Assembly (NCBI GenBank): GCA_013265495.1
Contig: MU058844.1
Location: 8,555,260 to 8,609,706 of the forward strand
Direction of reading: 5' to 3'
DNA length: 54,447 nt
From: Vicugna vicugna
Taxonomy: Eukaryota
The notes below the pieces were generated by a model, which saw nothing but the letters and a program-made list of their open reading frames with translations, was not told the origin of the DNA and searched no databases. Positions 23,421 to 34,910 of the stretch are shown piece by piece. Every line of letters starts with the position of its first letter. Position 1 is the stretch's first letter. Both the position numbers and the translations under genes were made by a program.

Positions 23421-26400
23421 GACATAGGTGATCTAGTCTCTTCTAAGTCATAGTGACAGGGATGGCCTCAATTCTCTGTTCCCACTTGTTGTCATTCTTC
23501 AGCTCAGGCTAGAGGATAGCTGGTTATTGTCTGGGGAAATGATCAGTCCACCTATATCACCTCCTGGAAAGTCATGACTGCACAGCAAGTTGCTGGTGGC
23601 AGTCATTTCAACTATTATACATATCACATTCTCTTGCTCTTTTTGCGAGATGATCATCTTGGGGGATCCTGTGACAGGGCAGTGACTATACAGCAGCATT
23701 TAAGATGCTAGAGATCACACGTTTGAACTGTGCCATCAGACAAATACTAGGAGAATAATTATAATCAGAGTTTGTAGAATTCTAAGTCCAAGAGTGCATA
23801 AATTAAACACAGAGAACAGATCCCACCTTCATTCTGAAGGTCCTACAGAACCAGATATGGTGGTATTAGCCAAGTCAATTAATTTCATAATTTCTTTATT
23901 GGTTTTTCAGATCTTCTTAGTAATTTTAAAGTTCTCATAAAAGTCTGTAAAGTTGAAGGTACAACAGTGTTTTTCCCCCTCAACTGGCGTATCGACAACC
24001 TCAGGAAGCCAATACTCTTCCTAGGGCTGCTCTGTTTTAAATCATCATATTTCCAGTCTCATGAACTTCTTCTCGAGATTGTCTAGCTCCTCTGTCAATC
24101 ACTGAACCACAGCAGGAAGCAGCTTCCTCACATTCTGTGTCTCCTTTAAAGCATGATATGAAAAGTCTTGAGGACAAAAGAAAGCTATCTAGAATTTCCA
24201 CTGAGTGATTAAGGTTTTGAACCTCAAACTGAAGCTCAGTCTCTCTCCTCCTTGTACAGGTTATAAAGTGAGCTCTTTTTCAAAGGAAAAATAGGGGGCC
24301 AAAATGGACCCTGTATGATATGACAGACATCATTTTACTGAGACCACTAGACCCTGTCCAGGTTGTTGATAGTATCCAATAGGTTAGTTTTATTAATATT
24401 ATTTTGCCATAAATTCAATATCAGACTTTAGGGTCTTTCCAATGATGTTGTCTTGGCTAAAATACCTCTATAAGGTATCTCAGTTCTATTGCATGGTTTC
24501 AGCCCCATTCAGAAATAATTAGGTGCTAGGCAGGAGATTATAAAGTGGAGACATGATTAAATAGGTAAATGGTTAGATCTGATAGGGAATCAGATTCTTT
24601 AGGTACATATTAATTCTTTTTTTTGAGGTCTGTAAATGTGACACAGGTACAGGTAAAGTAAAAGCCATCTATTTTCTGTTTTCTTTCTGAGCCTTAACTC
24701 TGTGAAAGTTTGGTTATGGAGTCTATTTATTACATCTAGATCTTGGCTATTGTTTCAAGGGAAGCAGAAGCCTTCCTTTATGGATATTTTACATTTTTGG
24801 TTAACTGGACTATTCTGTTATATACTAGATTGGACTAGAGTCCCATTACTGATGAGAACAAACGTGTTTTCAAAAAAGACTGATTTTTAAGGTAACTGGT
24901 TGGCATTCAGAGGTAAATATATGCAAACCCAACAGTCAGTATGATTTGTACATTTTGTTTGAATCATGAAAAGATTGCAACCAGGGACTCATACCAATGA
25001 ATATATGAAGATTCAAAAAGCAATGTGGGATAAAAAAACAAGGTCCTACTGTATAGCACAGGGCACTATATTTCAATACCATGTAATAGCCTATAATGAA
25101 AAAGAATATGAAAAGGAATGTGTGTGTATATATATGTGAATATGTGTGTGTGTGTATATATATATCTATATCTGAATTACTATGCTGTACACCAGATATT
25201 AACACAACTTTGTAAACCTACTGTACTTCAATAAAAAAGGAAAGAAATATGAAGTGAATCATTTGTAATATTTTTGTAAACACCCAAAACCTTGGTCCAG
25301 CAGCAGACAGAAGTCATTCAGGAAAATAAAGAACAGAAGCATGATGATTAAGCATGATAATGTGTAGCCCTGGTGAACCAGATCTTGTCCTGCAGGTTTT
25401 GGGTGCATATTGTTTTCATCCTGCAGTTGTCCTCTTGATATGAAGCTCTTGGTCTGGTGAAATCTCCTCCTGATGACTATCTGCTTCTGAAGTATTCTTA
25501 AGAATTCTTTATTTCAAATCTTTCAGTAGAATGGCTGTCCAGGTATTGAAGTATGAAGCTTTGCATCTCTTTAGCTGAGATCCGTGAGTCTAACGATCTA
25601 CACCATAAATTTTAATTGCTGTGCTAGCAGTTAAAAGTACCTAATACAATTGTTTCCAAAGTTGTTTCATCTTATTTCTTTTTCAGAAGATAAAGTCTCT
25701 GGGTTCTACCCCGTAACATTTTAGAGGATGTGAAGGAAAGACAGCTTGTATATGTTGGTGATAAGACTAAATATACTGCATGACTTCTTTGAAGTAGTTT
25801 GCCATATGCTGATGTATGACTACAGTTAAGTTAGACTAGAACATCAGAGGAGAAATACTCACTCTTATATTGTGACATGCAGTGACTTTATATGGTGACA
25901 GCTGATGGGTCTCAGAAGGTGTGGATTTAATGGTTATGAGAACATTCGTAGTCAGTGAAGTCAAAGAGTAACAGCTAATTTTGCTCATTTGAATTTAAAT
26001 ATGCCATTGCATCTCTCTGCTTTATTAAGGACTGAGTGTAATCTGAGCAATAAAGTTTCAAATTACATGACAAGTCTTTCAGAGTTCTGTAATAACAGAA
26101 AATGAGTACCTTTATCACTGGAGAAATAGTTTGGAATCCCCCATGCTAGAAAAATAAAATTAAGTAACTTTTTGCAACTGTCAGAGCCATGGCTCTTTAG
26201 CAAGGCTCATGCTGAGAATAAGCAATGTTCTGGACATGTCGTAAACTCATCGCATAAGTGAAATCTATCTGGAAGTGGGACCAGGAGGCTTGGGTTTTTT
26301 ATTGCCCATGTCTCATTCTTACACTGGTGACAGAATGATAGGCACTAGAGACATATTCAGAAATTTAGTAAAATTCTCTCACCTCCAAGTGTTGGCTCAG

Positions 26401-26560
26401 TACAAAGACTAATTTGTCTTTAATGTTGTGGGTTAATTTTGTGTAAAATGCTCGCAAGTTTCACTTGAAGTCCTCTGCAACCACCAAAGGATCATCTCAA
26501 AAGCACTAGAGATTATCCTCTTGTAATTTGCATCCAGATTTCTCTCAATAACCCTTTAGC
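23420..26560 (-). mobile_element. Degenerate class I ERV internal region: integrase (about 25.7-26.5 kb) followed by env-region remnants
   Basis: The minus strand at about 26180-26100 translates to KKLLNFIFLAWGIPNYFSSDKGTHF, the gamma-type integrase core motif. Many stops and frameshifts. Confidence 0.7.
25028..25240 (+). mobile_element. 5'-truncated artiodactyl/camelid L1 3' end with an internal (TG/TA)n tract
   Basis: Contains aacaaggtcctactgtatagcacaggg...tgctgtacaccaga...tacttcaataaaaaa. Confidence 0.9.
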
Positions 26561-26575
26561 CATTTGGCATATTTT

Positions 26576-26597
26576 ACACACACACACACACACACAC
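26576..26597. repeat. (CA)n microsatellite
   Basis: Direct repeat visible. Confidence 0.9.
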
Positions 26598-27976
26598 TAT
26601 TTATTTTATTGTTTGGTGAGTTATTTTTTTGTTTTGGAATAAATCATTTCAGTAGCAATGTGCTAAAAAAATGCATGTATAATGAAAACTTATGTGTTGA
26701 CTATCTCTCATTTAAAAAGTTCATGAGGAATATGTAAAGTATACAAAATGTTGTCAACATTTATTATCCATTATGGAGGCCATAATGATATATCTGACCA
26801 GAAACCAGAAAACTTAAATCTGCTAAAAAAGCATAAATCATTCTCTGCTTCAAAACTTAGATACTTGATGCTGTGGAAGGCACATTTATATTAAATGATC
26901 GTTCCTTTAAGTTAACTTTGCTCATTCTTAATTCCAGATTTTCTTTTTCATGGGCAAAAAATGATGTATTTTTGTGTTAATAAATTAGATCCATTAGCAG
27001 CAGCAGAATTTAGCAAATAGTTAAATTATGTCAGTTTCACAAAAAATATCATTAGATGCTTAAAATAGGAAATCAGTTAAATTTTACAATGGTTTGCTTT
27101 TAAACAAAACACTCATTTCATAGAATCAAAGTAAATCTTTTGGAAACTCATTCTGATAAAGGTGATATGTTTAACATTGTTAAATTGCTATTGTAAATTT
27201 AGTTTAAAAGCTAAGAACTAAATTTAAAATTTTTGGGGTGATAACGCAGCTAAAAGTTTTTGGGTAGAGTACAGTGTCTCTATAAGAAGACTGCTATTAA
27301 CTAAATTAAGAAACCTACAAAGTGGAAACGTATTTGGGATTTGTTATGGTACATACAAATGTCAAAATTTATGAATTTATACACACACACACGAACTGAA
27401 TAACTAAATGTCAATGTCTATGACAAAATTAATGTTGAGTAGAACTAAATACTTCAGCATGGCAATGAGTACTTTTCTCTGTTGCTCAGCATCATACAGA
27501 GTTTAAAAATGTTTGTGCCTTTGAAGAACTGTCCATAATTAAATGTAAGTATCTTACTATGGTATCAAAATTTTAAATAAGTGACTTCTCTAAATCTTGG
27601 TTGCTTTTCACTGAAAATCAATGAGAAACCTTTAAATACTCAACAATTGGAATGCCAGGCATCTCCATCTTTCGAAGCTTTTAGAGAATTGCAATTATTG
27701 CAAACAAAGCCTACAAACAGAATGAGCTGGAAATTTATCCATAAAAAGCAAACGAATAAGAGAACAAGTTAAATGATGAGGGCTCAAACAGCGTATAAAA
27801 TTTAGTTTGAAATTCTAAAATTGCATTTGCAATAAGTTGATTTTGATGGAAATATCGTATTTTACTGGCTAATTCAGAATCTGTATAAAAATGGAATGAT
27901 GCTAAGAAGGCCTATAATGTTGTAAGATATAAATTTGGTGAAACATCTAAACCAATTACAAATAGAGATGACTTAC

Positions 27977-28024
27977 TTGATAAGTTTTTCATGTAAAAAT
28001 CTTGGTCAGAGATAAATTTTCTGA
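27977..28024 (-). CDS. Candidate 48-nt symmetric exon (only open frame, phase 1: RKFISDQDFYMKNLS)
   Basis: Acceptor tcttttttacctgcag, donor CAA|gtaagt, length divisible by 3, in a repeat-poor block. Confidence 0.35.
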
Positions 28025-29559
28025 CTGCAGGTAAAAAAGATGTGCTTATGTAAATATTTACCATGGAGTATTTACTCATTTAAATAAGAAAAATTAGAAT
28101 TGACAAAATTCTCTACTTAGCAGAATTTCTTTGAGCTTATTGGTTATCCTAGTTCTTCAGAGAGATTATTTTCTTACTGAAAAGTATTGTGATTACAGGA
28201 AAGACTGTATTGAAGATATCAACACTACCAAATTTATTAACCCTCTACTTGGTTTTGAAGAAGATTGCAGAGAATTTGATAAAAAAATTAAATAATAAGA
28301 CAATTAAAAATATTTTCTTTAGAAAAATGCCAGTGATGTGTTGGGACAAATACAACTAAGAAACTGATTAAAAGTATTTGCCTACGTACCAGTAATATTT
28401 CTGTTATTTATGTAATTTTTTTAATATTCAGATAATCAAGATAAAGTAGTTTTCCCCTTTACTGTACATTTACACGTTTACTATCTAAATAGAATTTTAA
28501 TTTTGAAAATATTTTACAATATATTTTATACATCTACCAGCATAATAAAACCAAGTTTTCAGCAAGCAAATAGTATTTCAAATATTTGTATTAATATAAT
28601 TTTTAGAGACCTATCTTCACTCTTAAAATTGTTTCAGTTTGGAGAGTAGATGATATGGTCTCTCCAGCTAATGGGGTAAATAAAAGAGAAATGATTGTTA
28701 ATAAAGTTAAATGGAAGCAGGGGTAAAATTACGAAGGACACTGAAAGTGAGGGGAAGGAGTTTTGATTCTGTGGGAAAATACACTAGCAAGGTTATTTCT
28801 GTCATACACTTAAGGTCAGGAAGTTGAGCTAAAACTGATCTACCCTCTGCCTTGAATAGTCTGTTAACACCAGAAGGTTCTGATTTGAACCTGAAAATGA
28901 CAGTGGTAATCAGGACGCTCTTCCAACTTTTATTTGGTTGTAGAATCACATACTTGTAGGAAGAATAAGCTTCTCCTGAAAGCTTATTGTGTATTATCAG
29001 CTTAGTTTATCACAGTCTTGAGCTGCCAACACCTTTCCTGAGAAGATAATTTTAATCTTATACCACGGCTTTGCTGTCTGACAAAGAGCTTTCATCTACT
29101 TTGTCAAATTGTGGTATCCAGACTTGAATTCAGGTCACCATTTTCCCTCCTTTCCCTATCTGGTTTATTAGATCTAAGGTATTTGAAAACTATTTTCCTT
29201 TATTCCTTGAATAATCCTCTCATTCAGGTGTTTGTCTCTATGTCACACTCAGGTGTATGGCCTCAACATAAATGTGGTGTTCATTCTTATCCAGCAATCT
29301 CTCAGCTAGTCCTTTTGCTTATTTATTTTTTTTCCTACATGGTTGATCCATAAGAAATTACCAATAATTGAGCTACAAAAACAACAACTTCAAAAGTTTC
29401 AACCCACTGCATCTCCTCCTGTTTCTTATCTTCCTTGTCACAGATACTGAGATCACTTACCTCTTTTACTTCTTCTCCAGTTAGTTCCATGGCATCCTTT
29501 CCCTCATTCAAGTCATTTTTATGATTTTAACATCCTGTGGTTTTCATATTATATTAGAT

Positions 29560-29815
29560 TATTACTAAGTAACATTATAGAGTACTTTCTACATGCCAGA
29601 TATTGCCTATGGGCTTTGCAAACATCAACTCATTTACTCCTTCAAAAACCCCTATGAAGTAGCATCTATGAAGTAGATGCTATTATTATCCTCCTTTTAC
29701 AAATGAGAAAACAGTTACTGAGGAGTTAAGCAATTTTACCATCATCAGACATAATAAATATTCAAGTTGGAATCTGAACCCAGGCACTCCTTACTACTAT
29801 ACCTTACTGCTTCTT
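29560..29815 (-). mobile_element. MIR SINE
   Basis: Contains taacattatagagtactt...aaccctatgaagtag...tattattatcctccttttacaaatgagaaaac...tgaacccaggca. Confidence 0.85.
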
Positions 29816-31548
29816 ATAATTAATAAAAGGAGAGAGGGGGGTTGGGAATTAACACAAAATAGGACAAAATAGGGCAGTAATTCCAGTGAAGCAGCTAAAA
29901 ATAAGTTATTTGGTTTAAACAGGGATGTATCATATTTAGGCCATTTCTGGCAAACATAATAATTATAAAAGAATGTTTAAATGGTGGAGAACTTTGGGGA
30001 CTCAGCCTGTGAAGAATACGATGGAGGTTCTGAAAGCATAATATTGGAAAGAGGCCTGGACCAGAGATTTTGAAAACCTTGTAGGGAAGAGTGGGAACAA
30101 GTCCAGTCCCTGAGCTAAAGGACAAGAGGAAGAAGGAAAGAGAATATGCACTGTTCTATAACCTGAGGTTCCCGTCAGGGACGTGCCTGCTCCCAGTACT
30201 GGTGATCTAGGATACAAGAGTTGAGGGAAGTTCTGAAATAACAAAAGCCCATGCAGGAGAGGCTTATAGAGATGGGCTGAGTTCCTCACAGAGACATTCC
30301 AGAGGACCTGCCACTTATTACCTAGGTTCACTGTTTGTTGGTACAGCAGGCAATTTCTACACTGTTTTTGCTGATTGCATGCTCATCACAATCACCTAGG
30401 CTGAAGTTCTGATTGTGATAATTATGGCACTGCTAGGAAAATCTTATCACACGTTCAAAATAATCACATTCCAAACATCTCAAATTTATGCATTATGTTG
30501 TTAACATACGATAATGCACAATTCCAAGAAAATGGTAATACTCCTAATAGATAATTGCATATATTTATGGGGTATGCTAGAAAACAGATTAGACACGAAT
30601 GCTGACTCTCTGAATATGGGTACATTGAATATGTATGATAACTAACTGTATAAAAGTTTAACTCCTGGCCTAATAGCATATAAATCAATTGTAAACTTTT
30701 TGAGTATATTTTCGGCTCATATATAACTAGCAAATGAAAGAGAAGTGAGATAAAGATCATTAAAACACAGAGACTTTTCCTCCTGATTTAATTAGGTGAA
30801 AAGAATTTGCTTGGCAACAAGAAAATGTCCAACTTTTAGCCTGTAGGAGATTAAAATTTTGCAGTGATAACATGGTACACCAAGTAATATTAATATAGGA
30901 GTTTCTCCTATTTGAGCAAGATTAAGAGAAGTTAAATCCTCAAGGTATGTAGAGTCTTAAATTCCTTGAAAATTTAGAGGACTTTTATAGGCAAAGTTAT
31001 TCATTGACTTTAAATCACCTATTTTCTATTGCCTAAGACAAGTCATATAAACAGTATTTGTGTTAAAATGGGCTGCTCTGATACTTTTATATGTATCTGT
31101 TATATCAAATATATAATAGAGTGATTGCACAGCATTAGGTTATAAATATTATTATTAAAGTTTATAAATTTATATCAGTATAATTTAAGGTATTTCAAAA
31201 AAAAATTTGGACTAATGATGTATCCTGGCAGCTTTAGGACACAGTATGTAGACATTGTATCTGCTTGTAGTGATCAGAGTGAATTCAAATTATAGGAGAC
31301 TGAGGTCTCACTTCCCAGAAGTATGCTTGCTGAGCTATAGAAATTTGTAGGCTCATCCTAGTTCTACAGAAAAAACCTTGAGGGAGTTAATAATTCATGA
31401 CTTGTGGAGTTAAAGGTAGTAGTGAAAGGTGTCATGATCATAAAAACCACTGTCTCCTTTATGCCTGGAGAATTCTGAAATCTGGAAGCTGGCTGATGGT
31501 AGAGAAGGCTACCATTTCTAGTTATGTTTAATGTTGAAACTGTTAAGC

Positions 31549-31607
31549 TACTGTATGACAGAAATTGATGCAACATTGTAAATCGGCTACACTTCAGTTA
31601 AAAAGAA
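31549..31607 (+). mobile_element. Extremely 5'-truncated L1 tail (about 60 bp)
   Basis: L1 terminal motif caacattgtaaat...cacttca plus an A tail, flanked by TSD aaactgttaagc / aaagtgttaagc. Confidence 0.75.
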
Positions 31608-31624
31608 AAAGTGTTAAGCCAGAC

Positions 31625-31956
31625 CTGCACTGTCCAATATGGTAGCCTGTAATCACATGCCTTTGCTAAGCATTTGAAATGTGGCTGGTCCTAATTCAAA
31701 TGTGCTAAAAGTGCTAAATACATATAGGATTGTGAAGACTTAGTATTAAAAAAAAGAGTGCTATATATCAAATTCAAGAAATTGATTACATGATAAAATG
31801 GTAATATTTTGGAATACTGGATTAAATAAAATGTATTACTAAAATTAATTTCACAGTTTAAAATTTTTTTCTTTTTAATGTGTTTACTGAACTATTTAAA
31901 ATTGTATATGTGACTAGCATTTGTGGTTCCTATTGTATTTCTATTGGACATATTGA
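31625..31956 (-). mobile_element. MER33 (hAT-Charlie) DNA transposon
   Basis: Ends ctgcactgtccaata...atttctattggacatattg, with internal gaaatgtggctggtc and gaagacttagta. Confidence 0.85.
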
Positions 31957-33096
31957 GCTAGGCTAAAGTCTTGCTTCTCTTTTTGTTACTCATTCATTTC
32001 TTTATCTGGAAAGAGGATAATTTTTCTGGTAAGTCTGGGAAGAGAAGCTGACTATCCTGGCTCAGTCTTTCCCTTTCTCCATTCTTTCGCAGCAACCTGT
32101 CCACCAGAATCATGCCTTATCATCTGCTTTTCTGCCAAGATTAAGGAGCCTGTTCCTGGGGGGAAAGTTCCACAGTTTTCCAACTGTGCCTAATCCTGGG
32201 TACTTAATTCCATCTCATTTGGAGTGATGTGTTAGCAAGTACTATGCGCACAGTTCTAAGCCATTTCTTGTAAACACGGTTTTTAAAACAATAACACTAA
32301 TACCTGATCTCCATCTCCATTTTTTTTTTGATCCCTGTATCTATCACCTAGTTTGATTTTATTTCAGATGGAGAAAGGACTACTTTCTATTAGGACCCCT
32401 CAAACTCTTAACAGCTGGAAAAAAGAGGAGATAGCAGAGGAGACTGTCTGTATTCCCAACAATCAGCATGATATAGATGATGAGTTTACCTTGTATTAAT
32501 TAATTGCTGGAGAATGTAACCAGGTTGAGCCATCCCAACCTAGTGTCAATCAAGAGGGTAGATGTTGGGGGTAAAAGGATTCTAGCAAAAAGAGGCTGTG
32601 CAGGCAGAGAGGTAGAAGATGAGGTTGGTGGAGTGATAAGCCACAAGAGGTCAAACAGAAAGTGCACAAGCTCTCCCATGGAACTGTGCAAATGAGAGAT
32701 GCCTGTGGAGGTCTTCCAGAAAATCCACATATGAGCACCTGACTCATCAAGGATCCCAATGGCTGGATTACAACAGCACTAATAATTTAAGAAATGGTTT
32801 CTCCTTTTCCCCAACTGTTCTCCAGGTCTTAGGATTTTAGAGAAGAAAGAGATCCCAAAATAGCAGAAAGAGATAGGAACAAAAAATAAGAAAAGAGGAA
32901 GAAGAGATAATCTCCCCCTTCCCTCCGTACTAAGTCATGGTTCAGGCCTTGAACTGATTGTGAAATCAAATTTTCTGTTTAAGCTTTATGAGATATTTTA
33001 ATGCCTGAAAATACATAGTGAAATGGAATGATACAAGAAAGCTAAGAGATTCGCCTGAGGTGTCCTCAAGGAGTAGTCATGGGAAAGGTACTAGAG

Positions 33097-33294
33097 CAGT
33101 GACTAGTAAACTTTACTATGCATCAGAAGCACTTGGAGGGCTTATTAAAATACACATCACAGGTCCCATTCCCAGAGTTTTTAATTCAGTAGGTCTGGGA
33201 GGGTCTCTGGGGCCGAAGAATCTGCATTTCTAAATTTCCAGGTGATAGGGACATTAATGTTGATAGTTCAAATGACAAACATTAAGAACCACTG
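33097..33294. mobile_element. MER5A (hAT-Charlie) DNA transposon
   Basis: Contains cagtg...gcatcagaagcacttggagggcttattaaaa...cccagagtt...attcagtaggtctgg...gaatctgcatttctaa...aagaaccactg. Confidence 0.88.
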
Positions 33295-33399
33295 TTTAAG
33301 GCAGTAGTAAAACATAACAAAACAACAGCAATAACAAAACAATCTTTCTGTGTGCATCCATTAAGTTCAGTCTATTTCATAAACCGGTTTATAAAGATG

Positions 33400-33770
33400 A
33401 GTATATAAGAAATGTTTATTGCAACTTTATTTGGAGAAGCAACACTCGCCCATAAATATGGGACTGGAAAATTATGGTATATCCCTAAAATGGAATATTA
33501 TACAGTCACTATAATCACATAAAATATATCTAGTAAATATTTTCAAATTATAAAAGTCAAGGAGCCTGGCAATATGCTTTTTTTTTCTGGTAAATAAACA
33601 CATGCCTGGATGTGAATTAAAATTATATGGAAGAAAATACAAGAATATGTTAACAGTGGCTACATCCTTGTCTGAAGTCAGATGGCAAAGAGTATGCAAA
33701 GGGAATTGGAATTTGAAATTTATACTCTTCCAGTACTCTTTGATCAAATATTTATATTAAAGAAAAAGCA
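33400..33770 (+). mobile_element. Old L1ME-type 3' fragment
   Basis: Contains atgtttattgcaactttatt...aattatggtatatcc...atggaatattatacag...atgttaacagtgg. Confidence 0.6.
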
Positions 33771-33923
33771 TTAGGTTTAAAGAATCTGCGTCTTTGCATA
33801 TGGCTCTCCATCTAAGCTTAATGCTTTTCTACCTCTTCTTTGCTTGAAAAATAGCAGCCTGTTCAAGTATCTAATCTTCTTTATAAAATTTTCTCCAAGT
33901 TTTCCCTCCCTTAGTAATCCCAC

Positions 33924-34305
33924 TGTTATGAGCTGAACTGTATCCCTCCCAAATTCATGTGTTGAAGTCTTAACCCTTACAAGGTGACTGTATTTGGAGA
34001 TGGGACTTTGAAAGAGGTAATTAAGGTAAAGTGAGGTTATATGCGTGGAGCCTAATCTAATATGACTGGGGTCCTTAAAAGAAGAGATTAGGACATTGTC
34101 GTGTGCAAATGGAGGAAAAACCATGTGTGGACATAGTGAGAAGACAGCCACCTACAAGCCAATGAGGGAGGCATCAGAAGAAACCAAATCTCCTGACTCC
34201 TTGATCTTTGACTTCTGGCCTCCAGAACTCTGAGAAAATACATTTCTATTGTTTAGGCCACCCACTCTGTGGTACTCTGTAATAACAGTCACAGGAAGTA
34301 ACATA
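33924..34305 (+). mobile_element. MLT1B/MLT1A-like MaLR LTR
   Basis: Contains tgttatgagctgaactgt...gtgactgtatttggagat...gacttctggcctccagaact.tgagaaaata. Probable TSD ccac. Confidence 0.9.
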
Positions 34306-34390
34306 CCACAGTGCTTTGTTCATACCACTCCTGAAATCTTTGCCACATCACGTTTTAATGTGCTTATATTTCTGTTATCCAGTATGGCCT

Positions 34391-34910
34391 TTGTATTAGT
34401 TTTGTATTGCTGTCATAACAAAGTACCACAAAGTTCGTGGCTTAAAGCAACACTAATTTATTATATTAGAGGTTCAGTACCATTCTCGCAGAGCTAAAAT
34501 CAAGGTGTTGGCATATTTCCAGAGGTTCTAGGGGATGACCCATTTCCTGGCTCATTCAGGTGCTGGTAGAATTCGTTTTTGTATAGCTGTAGGAATGAGG
34601 TCTCTTCTTTGCTGATTGTCAGCTGAAGACTGCCCTTTGCTCCTACCCCTCTACATCTCAGAATTAGCGACAGAGGTAAATCCTTCTCACTCCCATTTCC
34701 CTGAGGCCTTCACACTTTTAACTGTAGCCAAAAGGTTTTCTGCCTTTGAAAATTCGTGTGATTAGATTGTGTCCACTCAGATAATTCACGTGAATCTCCT
34801 CATCTCAAGGTTTATACTTGCGTTTGCCAAGTTTTTTGTTTGTGTGTTTGTTTGTTTGCCATGTTAAGTACCATATTCACAGGTCACAGGCATTGAGCCT
34901 TGGGCACCTC
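34391..34910 (-). mobile_element. MLT1D/E-like MaLR LTR
   Basis: Contains tgtattagttt..tattgctg.cataacaaa.taccacaaa...gctaaaatcaaggtgttggca...gtgattagattg. Confidence 0.85.

Noticed and set aside
27490..27544. Plus-strand 55-nt exon-like segment (cag|...|gtaagt, HHTEFKNVCAFEELSIIK)
   Set aside because: It is isolated, on the opposite strand to the other candidates, and has no compatible partner exons. It cannot be distinguished from a pseudo-exon.
29461..29535. Strong minus-strand donor GAG|gtaagt
   Set aside because: The upstream acceptor is poor and all frames contain stops.
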